Assembly (NCBI GenBank): GCA_002633005.1
Contig: NMRA01000186.1
Coordinates: 413,479 to 477,478 of the forward strand
Reading direction: 5' to 3'
Length of the DNA stretch: 64,000 nt
Source: Phoronis australis
Lineage: Eukaryota > Animalia > Phoronida
A program made the position numbers and the translations under genes. The notes under the pieces are model-generated. The model saw only the letters and a program-made list of their open reading frames with translations, was not told the DNA's origin and did no database searches. Shown here piece by piece: positions 48,401 through 60,400 of this stretch; positions within the stretch are counted from its first letter, which is position 1; every line of letters begins with the position of its first letter.

Positions 48401-51400
48401 ACAATTACTCGGTTTTATATCTATGGTCACATATTAGGGTAATCATTATTCAGAAATACAATACATTATTCAAATCATTGTTACTGTAAAACAATTGCCC
48501 CGACGGTCTGTGGAAAGGGAACCCGAATTCGCCGCCCCCGACAAGTAAGTAGATTTTCAGTTTCGTGGCTAATTCCCATTATTATAGTATTTTCGTGACT
48601 GGAGGTTTAGTTTCCAACTCAAGCTGGTTTATGTTCGTGCCAGTCCCGGCAGCCGCGACGGGCCTGATCGGGTTCCGAGCCACTAGCCGGGATAACGAGT
48701 CAGTCCGGCCGCGAGGGGCCTGATCAGGTTCCGAACCACTGGTCGGGATAACCAGCGTTTCGTGTGTTTAGAACTCAAAAAATCATAAGTCTAAACAACA
48801 CAGTTCTAGGTTCTCCTGTCTGTATTTCACAGAAGAATACTTCAAATTTATCTCCGAACAGAACCCAAACTCCTGCTATGGACCTTCAAGTTGGTAAATT
48901 GGCCTGCCGAACTTTGTAGGCTTTGGTTTGTCCAAATACCAATAAATCCGTAACAGCAAAATAAAACAACTCATTTTTAAAGGGTTTTACATCGAAGTTT
49001 GATTATTCATTGGGGTTAAGCGATGAATACAAGCGATAAACTGACACCAGTAACTCGTGTTGTGAACTGCTGAACAGACTGCGTGTGAAACCAATTACGT
49101 CATTGGATAATTTCAACACCTACGTCTGCTGTCAGGTGTCAGGTAACGTAACCGAACATGCCGTTATTGAGTAGAATAACTCGATCTAAATTGATACAAA
49201 ATGGGTTGTTTTTTTGGGTGGCATTCTCCTTTAACACTGTCTTCAGGTCATTTGTGATTGTGCCACATCTGGAGTGGAGTTTACATTGTCTATTTCCCAT
49301 GATTTGGGCAGTCTCAAGCTCGACTGATCTTCTCTTAAAGTTACAGTGCTTCAGAAAGACAGCTCAATACAACCCAGCTGTACATTACATACCCGGCAGA
49401 GTCAGCAGGTTTGGTTCAGACTTGGGCCCTTTTTGATAATGTATTTGCACATAATAACGCTCTGTACCAATGTCTTTGTGTAACTCCATCATAACACAGC
49501 TGGCATAGGGTGGAACTTGATGGTCCCAGAGATCTAGCCCTGATAACAGACTCACAAGGGTGGTGTCATGCTAGAAAGGAGTAAGAACGTGATGCTGACA
49601 AGCCAGAAGTGTATCAGGCTCATTATGTTGCTGGTTCTTCAAGCAATGGCTATTGAAGCATTTATTGTTCACACCACAGTCTAATTAAACCCCAATTTGA
49701 TTTATCCAAACATTTGAGACGTCTCAATTCCTATGTTGAATGCAGCAAGTTATGAACTCACCACCAGTTGTTTGTATGATATTCTGTTTCGCTATCAGTT
49801 GAAGTTTAGTCTGCATGCCACCTGTTGGCTATATCAAGATTAACATATTTATATACACTGTAGATATTTTATGTTGTTACTTTCTGATCAATTCAAACCT
49901 CAAGTTTTGTGGAATTTGTTACGGATACCATAACAAAGTACGAAAATTGTAAGAGTTATTTTGCTTTCATACAATGTAAAACTGTTAAGTCCAGTGATTC
50001 CTAGAACACTGGTACGTCTTGACAAAATTATGTTCCATGGGATAAACATCAATTTGATACAAAACGAAATCAATTAAGTTTTCGAAAAATTACTTAACAT
50101 TTAATATGAACAAATGACAAAGTAGTGAGGTCTTCACAGCACACATTTTAACATTCCTGCAAACTCCACTGACTATACTTAAGATCCTTGATGACAACTA
50201 TTTATCAAAACAGGGTTTGGTCAACTTACTGCTGAATACATGATCATCTTTCTTTTTGCATTTTCAAGTAAACCCTGAGATTTCATCATGAAGTAGTTGG
50301 TGATGTTATTGATGAGAACACCTGTAATTCAAATCAGGGAAGTAATTAACATTTTCATCGTTGACAATGAATTTAGAAACAAATCCAATTTACATTGTAC
50401 TCATTATTAATTATTGACCTCCTGCGAAGACATTTACATTCATTTATTGTATAACATAAATCCCAAGTGCAAGAGGATAGTAATTCATTAATGAGAAAAC
50501 AGTAAAGTCCTTTTTGTTTTGATGGCATTTGTCTTCAACGTTGCCAAATTATACACATAACTTACAGCATTACACATTTTACAGTTTGGCAAAACTTAAT
50601 TATAAGGTTTGAAGTGTTAAATATAATCATACGCTACACTGATCACTTTCAATTTCAAAGAGTTCCACAGAAATAAACATGAGACACGAAAAGCGTTGAA
50701 ATGCCCCCACAACTGCGATAAAATTTCTAGGGGTGTTTATTATATAATGACCACTGGTTGGTACAGGGTATATTGAAATCATCCGAAAATGGGAAGGTCT
50801 CACCATCTTCCTAATACAAGCCTATTTGCCAGATTTCATAAAAATTTGTATCGAAACTCCAAAGATATGGAGACAAACTCGCCACTAGGAGGCGCAGCAG
50901 TAGTCAGATCTGCCTGAAAGATGTTGCTTTCTGTTGCCACGTTCAAAGAAATTCACTTGCCAAATTTCAAAAGATTGCAAGGAGGTTAAGAGATACAGCT
51001 ATGGATGCAAAAAAGAACAAAATTGCCCCTAGGAGGTAGCACAATAGTCGGACCAGTCTGTCGTACTTTTACAAACAAAAATGCATCTGCTAATTTTCTT
51101 CAAGAACGTTCGAGCAGTTTGGCAGAATGAAATATAAAGGCAGACACCAAAATACAGACTCAAAAATACCAAACATTAGCCATGTTTTCTAATTAAAAAC
51201 TTATTCATCAAATTTCCAGAAAATTTGTCAAGAAACTCTGAAGATGCTGACTAAGGTAAATGCGAAAAATTGCCACTAAGACACACAGCACTAGTTACAT
51301 GTCTTCAACAGTCATCGTCATCCGTTGTCACAACCACAGAACACCACTTGCCAAAATTCAATGATCCTGCAAGGGATGAAGGAGAAGCAGCTGCAGATGT

Positions 51401-54400
51401 AAGCAAAGTGCCACTAGGGGGTGTTGCAGTAGTCGCCTTTGTCCAGAAAATCAATGTCAACCATGATAGTCTTCCCAGTTGGAATACATCTGCCAATTTT
51501 CATAATGATCCTTCAAGCAGTCAGTAGGCAGATCGAGTGATGGATCCCCGAAACAGACTAACATGTAAACAATAAAAATGGCCACTAGTTGGCGCAGAAC
51601 ACGTGGAAGCCTATTTGACAAATTGCAGGAAATCTGGCAGGTAACTTGTTAAATTTTGAAGCATAACTTATGTAAGAAAACCTAAATTGTCACTAGGGGG
51701 TGCCACAGTACTATGACACAACCCGAAGTCAGCACCAACTGTGCTTAACTCAACAGGAGCAACCAAAATTCATGTTTATCCATCAAAGAACCCGGCAGAT
51801 ATTGAGACAGAGATAAAAACAAAATTGCCAATAGGGGTACCAGTTTTCTAACCAGTCATAAAATCAACATCAGCTCTGCCCTCTTCCAATACAAAAACAT
51901 CAGATTCAAGTAGTTTAGCCAATAGAAAGACGGATGCCAAAAACAGACCATCTAGGGGGTGTAGACTACGTCAAATCCACCAAGGTGCACAACAATATAA
52001 AGATCTGACTGAAACTCATCGTCACCTGTCATCAGCTTTACTTCAAGAAAACACAACTGTCACATTTCAAGAAGATCTTGTAGGCGGTTTAGGAGATAGT
52101 GCAAGGAACACTGAACGCAGGAAACAGGACGCCGGAAACAGATAACAACGAAATGCACCCAGCACATAAATGTGGGCAGAAAAAAAGCAAGATTAGTTTC
52201 TGTTAACAAAGATTCATAGAGAGACAAAACAGGCAAACAGAGGCGTCTTAAGAGTTTGCACCAGGGTAGGTTATGTATGAGACCTCTGTGTTCCGATATT
52301 CCCAAATCACTTGGTTTAACACCAATCCCTGAATTTTCGAAAAATCCAATTTTAAGTCCATGTGTTTTGCAATGCTACCCCTGAATTTCAAGTCTCTCAA
52401 TTCAAAGGACCAAGTCATATTCACAAATTGATACAGTTTTTCTTCTTTTTTATCACTGACTAAAGATTGTTAAAAAACAAAAATAGAGTAACCAGATACC
52501 TGCTCTAATTTTCTTCATTTCAAACTTTGCATAGGCTATCTCATACTTCTCAACTGAAAACTGATACAACCTGTCCATGATTAAGGAGTCAAGCCAATCA
52601 GGTTGGGACATCTGGTGTTGAGACTAAACGCAAAAAGAGCAATTTCAGATTAGCATACACTATCTTACTTTAGACTGTTGATATAGGAATATCATGCTGT
52701 TTTAAGTTAGAACACGTGGACAAAACATTTTATTTAATTTCGTCAAAATTTCTCAACAGTAATATAAAGTTACATTTTGAGCATTATTATTATTATGCTG
52801 TAAGCCTTTGAAACCCAGAATAACTGTTATTTGTGCAATTGTGTTGGTCATAAATTGAAGAATTCTTATGGTAGCCAATTATTCACTACTGCAGGCCAGA
52901 GTAAAAACATCAAAAACCAAGACACTCAATTTGGAATCAATCAAAATGTTCCAACTCCAATTCATTCTCAAATGCGTCATGTGGAACCCCACATTTCAAA
53001 GCAAAAAGAAACCAATACATAAACTCGTGTGCTACATGTATGTCTGAGAGTTTTAGCTTATTCAAATGTTCAGTGGCATGTTTCAATACAATGTCAACAC
53101 AGAGTCTAAATGTCATGCCAAAACTTACGACTGATCAATAGTCTCTCTTTAGTTTATGTGTTAAAAAGTGTGTCAAGTGGAAAAGTGTCTGCTTTCTTTA
53201 CTCAAAGTCGTGGATTCGAGTCCCAGGGAGCACACTGCTATATTCTTGAGTCAGGTCTCTCTAGCTCCTCAGCTCAGTTTTAACAATATTAAAGCATAAA
53301 AATAATTCCTGGTGATCAGTACAATGGGCCCACCAGAGCGGCCTGCGCACATCTGGTAAAACGTGAACCAGACCGACTGCGATTATCTTTTTCTGTGAAT
53401 ATAAAACATCTCATAAAGCTACCACATTGTTGTGGAACAGGCTTGGTCTGGGTACTGTGACTAGACTAATACTGTGTGTAAGGCTAACCTGGCAAAAGAG
53501 TGCATCATAGACATCTGACACCTTCTTGATGTCAGGTGGAATTCCAGTCTTCTTGGCAATGAAGTTCATAAATTCCTGGGAACAAAAGCTGGAGTTAGAT
53601 AAAAGCAAACAGACAAACAATAAGCGTGCACTAAATCACAAAAAGCAGAACAAAACAGAAGACTGAGATAAGGAAATTGTAGTATTTGTCCTGGTTAATG
53701 TCCATGCCAGGCAATAATAATTTATGCATGCCAGGCAGACTCTATTACGGCACCCTAACACAGGGGTACCACAGAATCATACGCACAAGCATCGGATCTT
53801 GCGCATGAACCACCTACAAACCTATAAATCATGCATACAAACACATGGATCATGCATACGAACCCAAGTCACGCATACAAACAAAAATCATGCGCATGAA
53901 CCACAAAAATCACACATACGAACACAAGTCAAATGCCTGAGCATCCAAATCATACGCACGAACCAGCTGGCTATCAGCGTTCATGTGAGTGATTCGATGC
54001 TTGTAGGTATGATTTTGTGTTCATATGTATGTCTTGATTTTTGTGGTTCGTGCGCATAATTTTTATTCATATGCATGATTTTTGAGTTCATATGCATAAT
54101 TCATGGATGTGTAAGCATGATTCATAGGTTAGTAGGTGGTTCAAGCATAAGATGTGATGCTTGTGCAGAATGTATGGTAGGTACCCCTGTAACAGATTCT
54201 ATGTCTTTAAGTGGCTGGCAACTTCCTGAACATTATCTCAAATCTTTCATTCGTCTAAATGTCCACCCACGCCTTTTGAAAAATGTTACTTTCAAACGGC
54301 TATGTTAGGCTTAAAGTCTAACACGCTACGCGTATGAATCCTGACCGACTTCCATGCCGATACTTGTTGTTCAACTGTTATGAAGCCAGATCAAGTTAGC

Positions 54401-57400
54401 TCAAAACTGTATTTGTGAGAGGGCACTGGTAGCAGCCTTCTCTGCAATACACAGAGTAATCACCTAGCAGCAAAACAGAAAGAATCCAATCCTGACTTGT
54501 TACTCTGCTGACAACCCAGTAACTAGTAGAGAACTTCAGCAGGAATTATTACCCAGTTTGTCTTGATGAAATTTTGCACTTGTACCGAATGCATTGCCTC
54601 CTTGTACAGCTGGCTATATCTGTCACAGTGAACATCATGAGCATCTAACACCTGTAATAGCAGATGAATTACCAAGAAGGGAAAGTACGGACAAACGTTG
54701 TTAATAACAAAATGATTAATCAAGTTAGGTAAGACAATACAACCTTTCTTGTGTCAAGGATGAGATGGCCTTTCTGCTCAAATTTTAGGTTCTGAATTAA
54801 AGAAATCAATAAAAATGACATTTTCCTGCCTAATTCAAAGAACAGAAAAACTGGATGGCAATAACTATAATTATTGGGAAAAAATTCCAACTGCAGAATG
54901 GCTTAGCCACCATTCTGACTTTCTTGTTAATTCCCTTTAATTCTGTCATGAGGGTAGAATTTTCTGGCGATGAATTCAGCTTCCACCCAGCCATCATGGC
55001 GGGAATATCCAGCTCATTTTCTCTGGATACTTTTAGTAATTTGTTCTGAACAATCTTGTAACAACTACGTGAGGAAATATTTATTGCCTGCTCAACTAAA
55101 AACTGAACAACACAATTTCAAAAAACACATTAATTTGGAATATAGGTAGGAGCTCAATGCATGTATTAACTAAAAGGAAAAATGGTCTTTTTGATTTAAA
55201 CCCGAAGTCACGTGACACTCGACAGTTTTTCTTTAATTCTTTGTAATCCTGAATCATTCCTAGAAAGGGCTGTCTAATACCCACTTCCAAGCTTGGAATT
55301 ACCTACAATAATTTACAAAATACAGGCAGAAATCTGCCAAGCTCTACAAAGTTCTGGTTCACATTATACAATGACTATTTGGGAATGAGATGGATCCATA
55401 ACCTAGCACTACTACTGGTGTAAATATGTGTGGACTGTTTTGGTAAGAGAAGGTAAATTTGCAGAATTCCATGTTATCTGTCCAGGTTTAAAGCATCTCC
55501 AATTGCACTCACCAATGGATATTTTGTCACACTGTTTGGTGTCAGAGTGCAATGGTGTCAAAGTGCAATGACATCACGGCTATATTGAAAACTGTTACTT
55601 TCTAAGGTTCAGTAATATTCAGCGGTAACCTTTAACCTTTGTGTACTCCATTTTTGCATACTCCATTTTTGCAGGCAAGCTAACATAAATCACCCAGTCA
55701 AGTACAATGGCACGTACAGGATCCAACATCTCTGGAATGGTGTGTACAGGTATTGGCTGCCATTTCATGTTCGGCCGGAGCGCCATGGAGTCATTAGGTG
55801 GGAACAGACCAGCAAGGTTTGAGTAGGCACTCATGAGGGTGCGGTCCACGTCAGTGCTGCGGATGTAAATCTACAAGACAAATCCTTTTCAATAAAACGT
55901 GTATGACAACAAAGTTACAGGTCATTTTTCATCAATACAGGCTTGCTGAAGCACTTGCATTATCATCAGAGCTTTTGATGGCTTTTTTTCCAAATTACGA
56001 TACTTGTCTCCAAAATTAAAAAATTCACGAAACCAACTCAATTTTTCTATAATCTTTATAAGTAATACCCCTCAATTAGGTTGACTTCCAGTTTCAAATT
56101 CTGTGCCATCACACCTAAATTTTATCATCATGCTTCAGAATGCCGAACATAATTGCAGTCTCAATTAACACACAACAAAACAGAAAAGTACACAAAATGT
56201 TTGCCGTATACTTTGTGACACACAAAGCACAATATTCTCAAACCAAGTAGCTTATGAAAGCTAAATGTACTCACATCTTTGTTTATAAAATATGGACCAA
56301 GTAACTTGTTGTATCTCGCCCGGAACTGGTGGCCCAACTGGTAATGTTGTTCAATGCCCAACTGAAAGAATATACACCAGTTGTACATGTTGAGCATGGT
56401 CACGACCAGAAAGGGACAGTCACTCAGCACCCCAGCAAACACTTCTAAGCCGTCATGATTTAAAGTTATTTTTGACAGATGCCCAGAAGAGAAGTTAAGA
56501 ACTTCGAGTAAAGTAGCTATTAACTTTTCTGAAGCCAAAGCTAATTTTTACTTTTTACTACTGAAGGCTGTGAAAATGTTCTGAAATTGTTTCCTAGAAA
56601 AACAGGAGGTTTCTTCAGGGCTTGGAAAAAAACAGCAGTACGTTACTGCTGGAGACCAGGTCCAACAAAGTGAATTGTCACGGCAGTACACTATTGCTGG
56701 AGACCAGGTCCAACAAATTGAATTGTCACAGCAGTACAATACTACTGGAGAATAGGTCCAACAAATATAATTGTCACAACAGTACACTATTGCTGGAGAC
56801 CAGGTCCAACAAATTGAATTGCCACAGCAGTATATTACTGCTGGAGACCAAGTCCAACAAATTGAATTGCCACAGCAGTACACTACTGCTGGAGACCAGG
56901 TCCAACAAATTGAATTGTCATAGCAGTACATTACTGCTGGAGATCAGGTCCAATAAACTGAATTGTCACAGCAGTACACTACTGCCGGAGACCAAGTCCA
57001 ACAAATTGAATTGGCACAGCAGTACACTACTGCTGGAGATCAGGTCCAACAAACTGAATTGTCACAGCAGTACACTACTGCCGGAGACCAGGTCCAACAA
57101 ATTGAATTGTCACAACAGTACATTACTGCTGGAGATCAGGTCCACCAATTGATATTGAATTGTCATAGCAGTACATTACTGCTGGAGTTCAGGTCCAGCA
57201 AACTGAATTGTCACAGCAGATCACTTTACACACCGAGTTTGGTACCAAGTACTAAAGTCATTTTTTCTTCCAAGAAACCATGAACTTCTCACCTGAGTTA
57301 GGAACAAGTTGAGACCACAGTCCATAGCAGCAAGTAGTCCAAATCAGCTTGTTTAAAGCCACATTGGAGATAATGATAAATTGAGAGTCATCGTTAAAAC

Positions 57401-60400
57401 ATTAAATAAACACAAAAAGCGAGATGCAGGGCCATTGCAAAACAACTTTTAAAGCATGTTCTTGAGGCTTTTGACACATTACATTTGAGCCTCTAAATTT
57501 AAAGGATATTATATACTATGGTATGGAGAGATTGGAGCTCATTGGCTGTTTGCAAGGCTCAATTTGTAACCACAAATGTAATTTGTAGAAGTTTGAGTCC
57601 CGTGTTATAGACGTGACCTAGTTGCCATTGTACGCAGGGCTTATTAGGTTAGGTAAAGTCACAAGCTTCAAACTCAAACAATTCGAGTTAGTGCCAGTGA
57701 ATCTACTGGACGAACCAAACAGTGAACTCTGTTCGATCCACAATGTGATGCGGAGTGTCAAGTCGTACTCAACATTGAAATGAAGGGTTCCACCCCCAAA
57801 CATGAACAAATGATGGCCCTGCATGCAGGTCCCTCGCTCGTCTCAGACGATAGGTGCCAGTGATGATTTAGTCAGGGTGAAGCATACTTTGATGAAAATT
57901 AGGACATGCCTCGAATTTTCAGTCATACTTTCAGTGATTTAAATTGATTCTAACCTGAAAGGGATTCTTAATTACTGGATAATCTTTTGACTTGGTGAGA
58001 ATTTCACATGATTTTTATTTTTTTTTTCACAAGGAAATGGGGCTGACATTCGGTCTCAGAATCAAGGGACATTGTATGGGATTTGAAGGTAAAGCCTTTT
58101 TTAAACTTGACAACTAATCATTGCATGCAGTAAGCTAACAACAAACCTTTGACAGTTGTCCATAGCCTTGTGGCCAATCGCTCTCTCGGTGAGGATTAGC
58201 TGGAAAATTGTGAATTGCACTTCTATCGCCATGTCTGAATAACTGAAATGGATTTAAAACATTCCTCAAAATTACTTTTAGACCAACTGAAATTTGTTGA
58301 AAATTTCAGACAGCATGCTTTATACATTGTTTTCCAAAACAGTGCTAAGAACTGTTTTAAAACTTTCCGTTTTCGTATCGGGGGATATCAAAAAATAGGA
58401 CTTTCACCATTTTTATTAAAAAGCTATAAGGTAGCATAAAATAAAAACAAAATCATTTAGAAAACTGCAATAAAAACAAAACTATAGTTTAGAAAACTGC
58501 AACAGCGTTTTTGATACTTCATATTAAACATAAATAAATACCCTTGTTTTGCTAAGGATGTACCTTTGTTTCTATGCTAAATTTTACAAATAAGACAACA
58601 TCGAGAGACCCAATTAGTGGCAGTGTCCAGCACACTGTGGCATCTCATTCAACGTCAAGGCGGATGAGTTTGCAGGCATCACAGAACCGATTGCCGACCT
58701 GCTCCTTGCACCAGCAGATGTAATCTCCAGAGTGCGTGAATTGCTTACAGATGCCGAGATTGTACAACAGCAGGAGAGATGGGCAACAAAGAACCTCATA
58801 GAGCGAGGATGGCAATACGAAGATGCAGCAAAAACTCGTATGAGGGAAAAAGATGGAAGAGTGCGTAACCAGCACGAACTTGGTTGCATCTCCAAATTTA
58901 CATTGCGTGCGATACTGGAAGGAGGAGGGCCAGAGACTATCCCGGTGCCTACCCTCTGACGTCACCACAGAAACAGAAACGGAAACAATTAGTGGCAGAT
59001 TGGTATAAATTCAAAACTCAAATTCTATAGGCTTTCTAGCTTCACATTTTTTATTGAATTAAAATTTTTAGCATCGAATGACAAATACAACTGTGTAATA
59101 ACCCACTTAATTATCTCACTAGTGAGATAACATTTTGGCGGGAAACCAAGGCCGGTTTCGAAACCGGGCCTGAAGAGTTTGGAGTCACCGACTTTACCAC
59201 TACACTATTCAGCGACTGACGTCATCGAACATGAAAATAGAATACTTAGATTTAATTTATAGATTCACTTTCATTATTTCTATTTTGTTTAAATTTTCAA
59301 TTGGTTTTGAGTAAAAGCATTATTTGACAAAAATAGCTCAACTTTTCTTAAAATGTCACGACCTCTGACCCCGGGCCTCTGACATAGAAAGTAGTTACAA
59401 AGTCGAGGCCAGTTGAGAAAAATAGATTGTTCAGTATGTGGTATAAATTATTACATGTTCTCAGTCATTATCCCCCTTATCTAGAGCCCTCGTGGATTTT
59501 GTAGAATTATCACTCTCGGGGCTAACACCCCTCGGGTGATAATTCTCCAAAATCCACTCGGAAGATATCGGGGGATAATGACTTCACCATGTAATAATCT
59601 ATATTTATAGCTATTTGGCTTAATACACAGCCTATAAAGTGGTTACCAGCTTGCCTACCCTACATAACTATAAAGTGGTTACCAGCCCGCCTACCCTACA
59701 TAACTATAAAGTGGTTACCAGCTTGCCTACCCTACATAACTATAAAGTGGTTACCAGCTTGCCTACCCTACATAACTATAAAGTGGTTACCAGCCCGCCT
59801 ACCCTACATAACTATAAAGTGGTTACCAGCTTGCCTACCCTACATAACTATAAAGTGGTTACCAGCTTGCCTACCCTACATAACTATAAAGTGGTTACCA
59901 GCCCGCCTACCCTACATAACTATAAAGTGGTTACCAGCTTGCCTACCCTACATAACTATAAAGTGGTTACNNNNNNNNNNNNNNNNNNNNNNNNNNNNNN
60001 NNNNNNNNNNNNNNNNNNNNNNNNNNNNNNNNNTATAAAGTGGTTGCCAGCCCGCCTACCCTACATAACTCTTAAGTGGTTACCAGCTTGCCTACCCTAC
60101 AAAACTCTCAAGTGGTTACCATCCCGCCTACCCTACATAACTCTAAAGTGGTTACCATCCCGCCTACCCTACATAACTCTAAAGTGGTTACTATCCCGCC
60201 TACCACTGCAAAAATCAATTCTTGATTTAGACCGCTTACCATAATGAAATTTGTCTCAGATTGTCCTTATAGTAAAATTAGCACCGGTTTCACATCTTCA
60301 AAAGAATTGAAAGTTGGTTATTGCTCAAGACCCTGGGCTCTACAAGTTGGCCATGTATGTCGTTTGATCTGCAAACACAGGAATTACTTGTCACCCCTGA

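Noticed and set aside
52490-52499. GTATCT donor as a second U12 intron
   Set aside because: It reads GTATCTGG, not GTATCCTT, and no U12 branch site is evident at the acceptor.
56548-57283. Long repetitive ORFs (Cys/Trp-rich and Gln-rich) in several frames, likewise 59639-60244 and 46024-46380
   Set aside because: Unit lengths (48, 36, 51 bp) are multiples of 3, so frames stay open by chance; they are intronic with no splice or start support.
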